DNA of 61,668 bases, filler included. It is 5 parts of 5 records of this genome, joined end to end, with 100 filler letters (N's around TTAATTAATTAA, not from the genome) between each part and the next. Parts side by side here need not be neighbours in the genome. Positions count along the whole stretch, not along the records: positions 1 to 9,015 come from DRR723986_9805; 4 more parts are not named here. One strand, 5' to 3'. The notes beneath the pieces are model-generated. The model was not told where the DNA came from. It worked only from the letters and a program-made list of their open reading frames with translations, and ran no database searches. Made by a program: the position numbers and the translations under genes. Shown piece after piece: positions 1-9,115 of the stretch. How positions within the stretch are numbered: the first letter of the stretch is position 1; each line of letters starts with the position of its first letter.

Positions 1-46
1 TGGCGCGCCTGGCACGATTCGAACGTGCGACCGCCTGGTTCGTAGC
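1..46 (-). tRNA. 3' half of tRNA-Arg(ACG), anticodon loop to CCA; likely att-site duplication, not an intact gene
   Basis: Reverse complement reads GCT-ACG-AACCAGGCGGTC-GCACG-TTCGAAT-CGTGC-CAGGCGCG-CCA: ACG anticodon, T-arm with TTCGAAT, acceptor 3' strand and CCA. The sequence 5' of it (47 onward) is AT-rich and has no D-arm or acceptor 5' strand. Confidence 0.88.
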
Positions 47-139
47 TCAACAAATGAAATTTAACGTATTGTTTTAAATAGCTTTTCTGGCGACGCCCGT
101 TGCCGACCAAGCACGACAACGCACCACTGAGCACGCTGA

Positions 140-160
140 TGTCGGAAATTTGTCGGAATT
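140..160. repeat. Direct repeat TGTCGGAA x2, 11-bp period; candidate integrase arm-type sites
   Basis: tgtcggaaatt-tgtcggaatt lies about 95 bp from the tRNA-derived att core. The function is inferred. Confidence 0.4.
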
Positions 161-236
161 GTAAACGTTGTCGATCGAGCTATTTTCGCAGGCTCAATGC
201 ACCGTAAAAATACTGACTTTACAAGGTCCATCCCCA

Positions 237-253
237 GTATTAATATTTAATAC
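237..253. promoter_or_regulatory. Inverted repeat GTATTA-N5-TAATAC upstream of parD; candidate autoregulatory operator
   Basis: Perfect 6-bp inverted repeat about 22 bp upstream of the antitoxin start. RHH antitoxins typically bind such sites. Confidence 0.45.
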
Positions 254-275
254 ATAGTTTTTCAGGTACGCGCAC

Positions 276-521
276 ATGGCCAGAAACACCTCCGTCACCC
301 TCGGTGATCATTTTGAAGCGTTCATCACCAGTAAGATAGAACAGGGTCGCTTTCAATCTGTCAGCGAAGCAGTCCGCGCCGGGCTGCGAAAGCTGGAGGA
401 GGATGAAGCCAGGCTTGATATGTTGAGGACTCGACTAAGGGCGGGGGAGGACAGCCCCGTTGCTGAAAACTTTGATAGCCGGGAATTTCTGGAAAAACTC
501 CATAAAAAGCCTCTTGGGTGA
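276..521 (+). CDS. parD: Type II TA antitoxin, ParD family (RHH)
   Basis: MARNTSVTLGDHFEAFI...GRFQSVSEAVRAGLRKLEE is typical of ParD1/3/4. It overlaps the downstream toxin by 4 nt (GTGA). Confidence 0.9.
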   Translation: MARNTSVTLGDHFEAFITSKIEQGRFQSVSEAVRAGLRKLEEDEARLDMLRTRLRAGEDSPVAENFDSREFLEKLHKKPLG

Positions 522-721
522 AGAAGCGCTATTTCATTCGCGAACTCGCTCTAAGAGATTTGGAGGAAATTTGGCTCTTTACCCTGTCGGGGTGGAGTCT
601 AGAACAGGCTGATGCCTATACCAGTTCTATCCTTGCCCGCCTGAATTTGCTGGCCGACAACCCCAGCGTTGGCTACTATCCATTGAACAACTGGTTCGTA
701 GCCACAATTGTGGCAATTTAG
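518..721 (+). pseudogene. parE: ParE/RelE family toxin, C-terminally truncated
   Basis: A..DLEEIWLFT...WS.EQADAY...LADNP..G is a ParE N-terminus. Similarity ends near residue 52 and the ORF is only 67 aa, lacking the usual C-terminal strands. Confidence 0.75.
691..704 (-). repeat. Second copy of the tRNA-Arg anticodon-arm core (CTGGTTCGTAGC); secondary att core
   Basis: 12-nt exact match to positions 35-46. The reverse complement of 691-704 (TGGCTACGAACCAG) forms the anticodon stem-loop. Confidence 0.55.
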
Positions 722-1137
722 ACCCTTGTAAATCGATCACCTGGATACGGCCCGCCCTCATTACACCCCGTATCGACCCGTGTTCTCTAGTAGATACCCT
801 ACGGTTAAGCTTGAGGCCCCTCCTTTCCTTGGCACTTCTTTCAAGCCATTGTCGGTGGCGAGCTCGCTTTGAATACAGATAGGGAATCCTGCTGAGCTGC
901 CGATGAGAATGTCACATCAAGCCGCAACTACCCCCTACTCCCTCTTTGACTGCATCCTCCATAACAAATCTGCTCGTAAACTTTTTGGGAATTTCATAAA
1001 GACGCCGCTGTATCTTATGCGACGAGGCACAAGGCATACACGAAGTGCTGCAGAATAGCTGTCTGTGAGCAGGGTAGCTGAAGTATTACCCTGCCCATGG
1101 GAGGAGGTGGTATTACATTGAAACTTTGCAATATCCG

Positions 1138-2373
1138 TCATGACGCCACTTCAAGGGCCCCGACATCAACAGACATCGGTAGCTTTACCCAGCCGCTAAG
1201 TATCGGGACAGGAATTCGTTTACCATTCTCAAAATCCAGTTTCATATGAGGAAGTAGATCGATGAGCCATTCGAAAGCGACCTTCGCTTCAAGCCGTGCC
1301 AGCGCGGAGCCCATGCAAAAATGTATACCTTTCCCCAACGCTAGGTGATCTTTGTTGCGTCGATGCAGATCAAAAGTCTCTGGGGCTTCATAAGTATCAG
1401 CATCGAGATTCCCGGAGGAGAAAAGCAACCAAAGCGTATCACCCTTACTGATGTTTTTGCCTCTGAACTCAACATTTCTGGTTGCAATTCGAAAAAGGCC
1501 CATTACAGGGCCGTCATAACGCAACATTTCTTCAACGAAATCAGAAATCAATGTCCTATCATTTCGCAAGTCCGCCAGCACATCGGGATGATTCAATAAG
1601 AACACTACCCCGTTGCTGATCAAGTTGGTCGTTGTTTCATTCCCTGCAAGCCACAGCAGTTTGCTTAAACCTAGTATTTCTTCTGTACGTAGATTCTCAC
1701 CTTCCTCGGAAGCATCAAGCATGGCGCTGATAAGGGTATTTGCCTGTGGATTATGACGCGCCGCAGAGATGATTTCGCTCAAGCCTTCCGTCATCTCTTT
1801 ACGTGAGCCGAGCTGCTGCTGAATGGAATACCCTTCTCCAGCACCAATGGCCAGGGAATCAGACCACATGCGCAAGCGATGACGTTCCTCCAACGGAATC
1901 CCCATCATCTGAGCAATTACATACACCGGCAGCGGACTGGCAAAATCATCTACCAGATCCAGCGCTTCACCATTGCGAATTTTCTGGTGGAGTTCGTCCA
2001 TTAGATTTGTGGCTATTTCCACCACCGCTGGTTCCATTTCGGCGATGCGTTTTGGCGTGAAAGCCTTTGCAAACAGCGAACGAATTCTGGTGTGTTCTGG
2101 CGGATCATGCTGAATCAAGGGTAGGAAACCCATGCCGCCATTGTCATCGCGCTGTTCGCCGTCTTCTCCTGCTACGAGGCCCCCACCGGGTCCGGCTGCG
2201 GACGAGTATGTGTATGGGTCCTTGAGCATCTCGAGGATATCCTCATGCTTTGAAATAACCCAAAACCCATACTCCTGCGCATAGTAAACTGGATCGGTCT
2301 CTCGAAGATTCTTCCAAAAGGGTTGTGGCCGCGCAGCGTATTCTGCAGAGAGAAATGGAAATTCATTAGACAT
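1138..2373 (-). CDS. Cytochrome P450
   Basis: I-helix AGNETT, ExxR (EEMLR), heme motif LGKGIHFCMG, and DPPEHTRIR. Confidence 0.97.
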   Translation of the reverse strand: MSNEFPFLSAEYAARPQPFWKNLRETDPVYYAQEYGFWVISKHEDILEMLKDPYTYSSAAGPGGGLVAGEDGEQRDDNGGMGFLPLIQHDPPEHTRIRSLFAKAFTPKRIAEMEPAVVEIATNLMDELHQKIRNGEALDLVDDFASPLPVYVIAQMMGIPLEERHRLRMWSDSLAIGAGEGYSIQQQLGSRKEMTEGLSEIISAARHNPQANTLISAMLDASEEGENLRTEEILGLSKLLWLAGNETTTNLISNGVVFLLNHPDVLADLRNDRTLISDFVEEMLRYDGPVMGLFRIATRNVEFRGKNISKGDTLWLLFSSGNLDADTYEAPETFDLHRRNKDHLALGKGIHFCMGSALARLEAKVAFEWLIDLLPHMKLDFENGKRIPVPILSGWVKLPMSVDVGALEVAS

Positions 2374-2442
2374 GGTATATTTCTCCTATTCGGGACAACC
2401 ACCCACCAAATCGGCTGGCATCTTGTCCAACTTCCAATACTC

Positions 2443-2904
2443 TCAGTTTTCCGACAGCAAATTCGCATGTACCAATTTGAGTAAACGGTAAAATTCCTTG
2501 GCCTCTTTAGCAGACATGCCGCGCGTTGCCGCTCTGCCAATATCGCCTACCAGATCTTCAAGCGACTTCAGCATGGGGTCGATTTTATCCGTAAGGCGAA
2601 CCATCTTCGCACGGCGATCACTAGTATCCTGATGTCGCGCTATCCATCCCGCTGACTCTAGTCGGTCCACAACTTTGCCCAGTGGTGGTTTCGCCATCAT
2701 CAGGGAATCGGCAATACTAGTTTGCGTCTGCTCGCCGTTCATGTAGAGCAGGTAGAGCACCTGCCATTGTGTGCGAGTTAACCCCAAGTCCTTTACCTGC
2801 CTGTTAAAGAGCCGGGCGACCATCAAACTAATTTCGTGAATTAGCGTACTAACAGGCTGGTCTTGCCGCCTTGATTGTTGGCTTGCTATATCTTGCGTTG
2901 ACAA
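2443..2904 (-). CDS. MarR/SlyA family transcriptional regulator
   Basis: LGLTRTQWQVL...VVDRLESAGWIAR..D..DRRAKMVRLT winged-helix signature. The TTG start is uncertain. Confidence 0.93.
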   Translation of the reverse strand: MSTQDIASQQSRRQDQPVSTLIHEISLMVARLFNRQVKDLGLTRTQWQVLYLLYMNGEQTQTSIADSLMMAKPPLGKVVDRLESAGWIARHQDTSDRRAKMVRLTDKIDPMLKSLEDLVGDIGRAATRGMSAKEAKEFYRLLKLVHANLLSEN

Positions 2905-2915
2905 TTTAGTTATCC

Positions 2916-2930
2916 TAGTTAATATAACTA
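2916..2930. promoter_or_regulatory. Palindrome TAGTTA-ATA-TAACTA in the divergent marR/RND promoter; candidate MarR operator
   Basis: Perfect inverted repeat, with additional TAGTT/AGTTA half-sites at about 2907, 2932 and 2943 in the 67-bp intergenic region. Confidence 0.6.
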
Positions 2931-2971
2931 CAGTTAATATTTTAGTTGTAGGTATCGCGGTTTGTCAATTC

Positions 2972-4126
2972 ATGATGCCTCTCGAACTAGTTGGTAGCGA
3001 TAGTATGCGTTACATCATGCAGACCGTGGGACCCATTTTGGCCGCAGCGATACTCATGGGCTGCGATGGCGAACCCCAAAATGGCACAACCAGTACTGGG
3101 ATTACTCCACAGCCCTCGTCACCCGTTGTAGTATCGATTACGAGTCCGGAAATAGCGGCATTATCTGAGCCTATTTTTGTTACCGGCACCATTCTCGCAC
3201 GCCGCTCCACCAATATTTCGCCGATGGTTGGTGGCCTCATCGAAGAAATCTATGTCAACGTTGGAAGCCGTGTTGAAGAAGGGCAGCCCTTGCTGCGTAT
3301 GCGCCAGAAAGATTTCGAGATTAATGTCCTGCGTCTTTCTGAGGCTAAGCGCCTGGCAGAGGCAGAGTACAAAGACTCGGTACGCGATCTTGAAAACGCC
3401 ATCGCACTCAGAGAGAAGCAAGCATTCTCTGTCGAGCAACTCGATGACAGGCGCACACAAGTTGAGGTATCGGCTGCGAAGCTCGGTATTGCAAGCGCTA
3501 ATCTTGCCGAGGCGCAGAAGGAACTGGACGACTCAATAACCCGAGCACCCTACCGTGGCGTTATCACCCAGAGACATGTGGATGAAGGCGCATACGTCCC
3601 ATCAATCATGCGCTCTGAGCACCCAGTCCTCCAAATCCAGGAGATTGATGTCATGGTGGCACTGGTGTTCGTGCCCGAAGTTTATTTAACTTCCATTCAG
3701 TTGGGTACGCTCGGAAGGGTTCACATACCGAGTATGAATCAAACCTATGAGTCGGAAGTGGCGCTGATCAACGATCGAATAGACCACAAAACTCGCACTA
3801 TCGATGTAAGACTGGGAATACCAAATGTGGATTATGCGATCAAACCTGGGCTTTTCATTGAAGTCGAGCTGATGCCCATTTCAAGACAGGGGCTAATGTT
3901 ATCACCCAACGCTACTATGGGACTGGGAAGCAGCCGCTCTGTCCTGGTGGTTGAAGATGGCGTAGTTAGTCAACGCACAGTGCAAGTACGTGAGCTTAGT
4001 GATGGTCGGCTTGAGATACTCCAGGGCGTAAGCTCAAATGCGATCCTTGTTGTAGGCCCCAGTATGCACAAGGTTTCTGATGGTTCACGGGTCACTATTT
4101 CAGAACATCCCTATGTGGATAGCTGA
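2972..4126 (+). CDS. RND efflux periplasmic adaptor (membrane fusion protein), lipoprotein
   Basis: Lipobox ILMGC, lipoyl-like VNVGSRVEEGQPL, coiled hairpin, RAPYRGVI, IKPGLFI. The true start may be ATG 3005 or 3017. Confidence 0.93.
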   Translation: MMPLELVGSDSMRYIMQTVGPILAAAILMGCDGEPQNGTTSTGITPQPSSPVVVSITSPEIAALSEPIFVTGTILARRSTNISPMVGGLIEEIYVNVGSRVEEGQPLLRMRQKDFEINVLRLSEAKRLAEAEYKDSVRDLENAIALREKQAFSVEQLDDRRTQVEVSAAKLGIASANLAEAQKELDDSITRAPYRGVITQRHVDEGAYVPSIMRSEHPVLQIQEIDVMVALVFVPEVYLTSIQLGTLGRVHIPSMNQTYESEVALINDRIDHKTRTIDVRLGIPNVDYAIKPGLFIEVELMPISRQGLMLSPNATMGLGSSRSVLVVEDGVVSQRTVQVRELSDGRLEILQGVSSNAILVVGPSMHKVSDGSRVTISEHPYVDS

Positions 4127-7100
4127 CCTCTGCATTCGCCGGCCAGTGCTGGCGATCATGATGACCGCTGCGCTCATGATGCTGGGCGTGGTCTCCATGG
4201 GTCGAATAAGCATCGATCTGTTCCCGAGCGTTGAAGTGCCCATTGTAACGGTTGAAACAATACTCGAAGGAGCCTCTCCCAGCACGGTAGAGACAGAAGT
4301 TACCGAGAGGCTTGAAGAAGAGCTAATCGCTATATCTGGCGTCGATACAATGCGCTCGATTAGCGGTGACGGTTTTTCACAGATAATCCTTGAATTCGAT
4401 ATGGAGGAAAATCCCAACCTGAAGGCCCAGGAGATACGGGACAAAATCAGTCAAACTCTGCCGCTTCTGCCTGACACAGTTAGTCAGCCTGTCGTCTCCA
4501 TACTTGATCCGGATTCTGAACCCATTGTCTCGGTGATTGTATCCGGCCCCTGGCCAGTGGGTGAACTCACAGCCTTCGCCAAAGATGTCGTCAAAGAGCG
4601 TTTGCAGAGAGTACCTGGCGTTGGCAGCGTGATTCTTGTCGGGGGCCGCGAGCGGGAAGTACGCATCTGGTTGAAAGCCCCACAAATGCGGGGTTACGGC
4701 GTAATTGCGGCCGATGTAATCAGCGCTATCCAACGTGAGCATGCTGACATCCCTGGCGGCCGCCTGGATTACCACAGCGGGTCCACGGAACTGACCATCA
4801 AAACCATGGGCGAAGTAACCAGCTTAAAAGAGTTGGGTGAAATCATTATTTCTCGCGATGATAAGGCGATGGTGCGCTTGATAGATGTTGCCGAAGTTGA
4901 GGATGGTCTGGAGGATGAACGCAGCTACGCGGAGCTAGATGGTAGAACAGGAGTAAGCCTCGAAATTCGCAAACAATCTGGAACCAATACCACCAGTATT
5001 GCCAAAGCAGTTAAGGCAGCGCTGACCAAACTTCAGACAGAAACACCAGCTGAAATCAACATTGTCACGGTAAGGGACAGTTCGCGATTTATCGGGTCCG
5101 CAGTGCGAGACGTGTCAAACGATATTTTGCTAGGCATCCTCCTGGTTGTCATTGTCACACTTTGCTTTTTACTCAGCGTACGCGCCACGCTAATTGTTGC
5201 AACCGCTATTCCAACGGCAATCATCGCTACTTTTTTCGCTTTCTACCTACTCGATTTTTCTATCAATATGGTATCGCTGATTGCCATATCACTGTGTGTC
5301 GGCCTGCTCGTAGACGATGCCATAGTTGTGCTGGAATCTATACACCGCGAAGTTGAAGCTGGGCTCGACCTCAATGAAGCTGCTTCAACGGGCACGCGAA
5401 AAGTTGCCACTGCCGTCATCGCATCCACCCTTTGTGTGATGGCGGTGTTCTTGCCGATTTCCTTTACCACAGGTCTGGTTGGTGTGTTTTTCTATCAATA
5501 CGGTGTCACCATTGCTGTGGCAGTAGCACTATCTCTGTTTGTTTCCGTTACCCTTACGCCTATGTTGAGCTCTCGTCTGCTCAAAAAAAGTTCCGGCCAT
5601 AGAGGAATGTTTGCGCTACTGGATAAGGGCTATGTACTTCTGGAAACAACCTACGTTAAGGGCGTTCGCTTCGCACTTCGCGCTCGCTGGCTTGTTCTGC
5701 TGTTGGCCGCTGCCACTGTCGGTATGGGTGTTTATAATGCGGGTCAGGTTCCCCTCTCATTTACGTCCGCAACTGATAGAAGCGAGTTTCTCGCCAAAGT
5801 CGAGCTTCCTCTGGGAACCGGTCTTACCCAGGCCAAGCGTGTTGCCACTCAAGTGAGTAAAACTGTCAGTGACCTGGAACATATTGAATTGGTGTTCACT
5901 GTTATTGGCTCCGGCGCTCAGGCCAAGGCAAACGAACTATCATTCTATTTTGGTCTGTCGCCGAAACAACAAAGGAGCAGTCATCAGTATGAAGTGATGG
6001 ATGACGTCCGCACAGCGCTCGCTTTGGCCATACCCGATGCCAAGCACATCTCTTTGACAGATGTGCCCTGGATATCCGGAGGAGGATTCTTTGGTGCCGA
6101 CATGGAGATGGCTTTAAGCGGCGATGATTTAGAACAACTTCGAACATACGCGGATACTATCACGAGCCAGATGGAAGAATCTGGCCTCTTCAGGGATATC
6201 AAGTCCAGCTATGAGCCAGGCAAGCCTGAATTGCAGGTTACGATAAACCGGCGCAGGGCCGCTGATTTGGGCATTTCGGTTCGAGATATCGCCGCTACTG
6301 TTGGAGCCACGATGGGTGGTGTAGATGTTACAAGTTACGAAGAGTTCGGTAATCGCTATGACGTGCGCCTGAGATATGCAGAAACGTACCGCGACGAGAT
6401 CGGAAAGTTTGACCTCATTCAATTACGCGCGGCAGACAACAGCTTAATAGATTTCCGTAACGTCGCAGAGGTAAGCGTAACCAGTGGCCCGGCACAAATC
6501 GATCACTACAATCGGGCTCGAAAGATCGGTATTTCTGCAAACGCTCCCGCTGGGATCGCGACAGGCGAGCTGATGAAAAAAATGGATGAGATTATTAGTG
6601 ATCTCGATATGGCTACAGGATACGAGAGTTCATATCTAGGCACTTCAGAGCAAATCAATGATATTGTCGAGGCAATATTTTTTGCACTAACAATGTCGAT
6701 GCTCAGTCTATACATGATTCTGGCTAGTCAATTCAACAGCTATACTCAACCAGTAGTGATCATGCTTACCGCTCCGCTGTCTTTTGTGGGCGCATTCAGC
6801 TTGCTCGCATGGACTAACTCCGAGCTTTCAGTCTTGACACAAATCGGTCTGGTCGCGCTGATGGGTCTGGTTATGAAAAACGGCATTCTTCTGGTGGACT
6901 ATGCCAATCAGGCCATAGAGCAAGGCCACAGCGCAGCGGAAGCTATGATCGAAGCGGCTCATTTACGCTTACGCCCAGTACTGATGACTGCGTTCTCTAC
7001 CATATTCGGTATGATCCCTATAGCGCTGGCCACGTCTGATGGCGCTGAGTTACGCACTTCAATGGGTATACTCGTAATAGGCGGACTAATTTCCTCAACC

Positions 7101-7190
7101 GTGCTTACCTTATTTGTTGTTCCAGTGGTTTACACATTACTCGCCGACGCCGAAAGTCAGCTTGCCCGTCTATTAAAATCGGAAATCTGA
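4113..7190 (+). CDS. RND efflux transporter permease, AcrB/AcrD/AcrF (HAE1) family
   Basis: IRRPV N-terminus, GLLVDDAIVVLE, KNGILLVDYA, RLRPVLMT; about 1025 aa. Confidence 0.96.
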   Translation: MWIADLCIRRPVLAIMMTAALMMLGVVSMGRISIDLFPSVEVPIVTVETILEGASPSTVETEVTERLEEELIAISGVDTMRSISGDGFSQIILEFDMEENPNLKAQEIRDKISQTLPLLPDTVSQPVVSILDPDSEPIVSVIVSGPWPVGELTAFAKDVVKERLQRVPGVGSVILVGGREREVRIWLKAPQMRGYGVIAADVISAIQREHADIPGGRLDYHSGSTELTIKTMGEVTSLKELGEIIISRDDKAMVRLIDVAEVEDGLEDERSYAELDGRTGVSLEIRKQSGTNTTSIAKAVKAALTKLQTETPAEINIVTVRDSSRFIGSAVRDVSNDILLGILLVVIVTLCFLLSVRATLIVATAIPTAIIATFFAFYLLDFSINMVSLIAISLCVGLLVDDAIVVLESIHREVEAGLDLNEAASTGTRKVATAVIASTLCVMAVFLPISFTTGLVGVFFYQYGVTIAVAVALSLFVSVTLTPMLSSRLLKKSSGHRGMFALLDKGYVLLETTYVKGVRFALRARWLVLLLAAATVGMGVYNAGQVPLSFTSATDRSEFLAKVELPLGTGLTQAKRVATQVSKTVSDLEHIELVFTVIGSGAQAKANELSFYFGLSPKQQRSSHQYEVMDDVRTALALAIPDAKHISLTDVPWISGGGFFGADMEMALSGDDLEQLRTYADTITSQMEESGLFRDIKSSYEPGKPELQVTINRRRAADLGISVRDIAATVGATMGGVDVTSYEEFGNRYDVRLRYAETYRDEIGKFDLIQLRAADNSLIDFRNVAEVSVTSGPAQIDHYNRARKIGISANAPAGIATGELMKKMDEIISDLDMATGYESSYLGTSEQINDIVEAIFFALTMSMLSLYMILASQFNSYTQPVVIMLTAPLSFVGAFSLLAWTNSELSVLTQIGLVALMGLVMKNGILLVDYANQAIEQGHSAAEAMIEAAHLRLRPVLMTAFSTIFGMIPIALATSDGAELRTSMGILVIGGLISSTVLTLFVVPVVYTLLADAESQLARLLKSEI

Positions 7191-7195
7191 ACAAG

Positions 7196-7663
7196 ATGGA
7201 TGCACTCCAACTGGAAAAAGTTTACGAGTTGTTCAGCGCCGGGATCGGTGCTCACAGTGATATGTCACTGAAATTTGTTTCTACCGAGGAAAACCGAGTC
7301 GTATTGGAAATGCCTTTCCAGGAAAAGCATGCAACAGCGCACGAAAATGGTTCGTTGCACCCTGGCGCTCTGGCAGCCGCACTGGACAGTGCCTGCGGTT
7401 TCGTAGTCCTCCAAAGCCTCGCGGTGCCACAGGCCATTGCGACCATCAACCTGCGAATCGACCACATACATTCCGCCCCCGTAGGCACTGATGTTCGAAT
7501 CCAGGCGGAGTGCTACCAGCAGATTAACGGGTTTGCCTATGTCAGTGCATTCGCCAGCAGCCTGGACGGAAGAAAGATGTTGTGTAACGCGCAAGGTATT
7601 TTCAAAATTGGCAGCCCAGGTCCTGCCCTGGATCGAAGCTTGCTCTATCGACGAGGTGATTAA
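7196..7663 (+). CDS. PaaI family hotdog-fold thioesterase
   Basis: LHPGALAAALDSACG and ATINLRIDHI. Confidence 0.85.
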   Translation: MDALQLEKVYELFSAGIGAHSDMSLKFVSTEENRVVLEMPFQEKHATAHENGSLHPGALAAALDSACGFVVLQSLAVPQAIATINLRIDHIHSAPVGTDVRIQAECYQQINGFAYVSAFASSLDGRKMLCNAQGIFKIGSPGPALDRSLLYRRGD

Positions 7664-7668
7664 TCAAG

Positions 7669-8070
7669 ATGGACAAACATCTACTCCAGTTTCTCGACGA
7701 GACGCCCTATGCGAAAAATTACGGGACCGAGCTTGTCAGATGCGAACCAGATGTCGAATGCCTGACTCCTTGGGCAGAGCATTTTACTGGTAACCCATTG
7801 TTGCAAGCGTGGCACGGAGGAGTAGTTGTAGGCGTTCTCGAGCTTACCGGTGCGTTGCAAACTTTAAAGGTATCAGCCGACGAAGTGTGCCCACTCCTAT
7901 CAGCCAACATCAATTTTCTACGTCCCACCAAGGGTGATCTAGCCGTGCATACACGCGCTTACCTTGTTCGAAGTGGGAGGCAGATTCTGAATATCGATGT
8001 CATCGCCTGGCAAATCTCGCTGCAAGAGCCCACTGCTGCGGCAACACTGACTTTTGCAAGACGTAGTTAG
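7669..8070 (+). CDS. PaaI family hotdog-fold thioesterase
   Basis: GNPLLQAWHGGVVVGVLE, NINFLRP and VRSGRQI. Confidence 0.85.
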   Translation: MDKHLLQFLDETPYAKNYGTELVRCEPDVECLTPWAEHFTGNPLLQAWHGGVVVGVLELTGALQTLKVSADEVCPLLSANINFLRPTKGDLAVHTRAYLVRSGRQILNIDVIAWQISLQEPTAAATLTFARRS

Positions 8071-9015
8071 TCACCATCCTTCTGTTCGATTTAACGCTAA
8101 ATTCACGAAAAACCACCCCGTACCGCCTGCGTTCCGGCGCGAGCTCATTAGCCGCTCGCCCGAGAGAATTCTCGGTAAGAGTCTGGAAGAACACTCTTCC
8201 CCCAAGGCAATGGTGGATTTTTGCGGGTACAAATGTGCAGTTTTCGTCCGGCGTTGATAGGCTTTTCACAGCGGAGCATATCGTTTTCCGCATCAAAACC
8301 CCACGTCACTAAGGCGCGAAGCGAGTAGTGACGTGGGCAGCGCGCACATTGCGGCAATCTTGGCAACACCGAGGCTTAACGTCTTTTCAGGGGTGGTTAC
8401 AGTGGAACCACCCCCTCAAAGGTGGATTGGGTCGTGTAGGCACAGTCAAATATGGCCAAAATTGCATTGCAGAGAGCTTTCAGGGCGTTTGATGGCAGCA
8501 AGTTTTCAGCTGCCGGGCAGAAACCACTCCCGATTCAGGTGAAGTTCTCTGTGACACGCGTATTCTGTGTTCCTATAATCGGCCCCAACACTGAATTTTG
8601 TCGCTGCCACTGCGCTTAAAGTGGCAAGGAAGACCCCACCTTGCGAAAGCGAACGGGGTAGGTGGATTCAGGTAGTTTTGGAATCTGCTGAACGCGTCAC
8701 TCAGGACCCTTCTTGACGCAACGGTCAGCGATGACCGGGTCCCTCTTCGAACTATCGCAGTGCCGCTTCGTCTGGGTACCGCACCTTCAAATCCCTCCCG
8801 CCTGGTACGGGGATCGGTTCCATAAGCGCTGTGGATGGCCGGGCATATATGCCGGCCTGAAAGACAGTTTCTTCAACCACGCAAACGCACTGGCGGTCAG
8901 TGCGCTCTGCTCAACTTAAAAAGGAGAAATCCACCACCAGCCTTTGGCTGGATGACCGTTGGTTTGCACGGGCCAGTTTTCTTGCGAAAACACACCGTGC
9001 TGTCTATGGCCAGAC

Positions 9016-9115
9016 NNNNNNNNNNNNNNNNNNNNNNNNNNNNNNNNNNNNNNNNNNNNTTAATTAATTAANNNNNNNNNNNNNNNNNNNNNNNNNNNNN
9101 NNNNNNNNNNNNNNN
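9016..9115. other. Artificial contig linker
   Basis: N44-TTAATTAATTAA-N44, giving stops in all six frames. Confidence 0.98.

Noticed and set aside
1-80. Intact tRNA-Arg gene
   Set aside because: The D-arm and 5' acceptor strand are absent; only the 3' half is present.
8071-9015. Short ORFs and small hairpins after the thioesterases
   Set aside because: No recognisable motifs; overlapping ORFs on both strands look spurious.
9016-9115. TTAATTAATTAA motif as a biological repeat, and ORFs or operons spanning the N gaps
   Set aside because: The same 100-nt linker occurs four times between compositionally different contigs, so it is a concatenation artefact.
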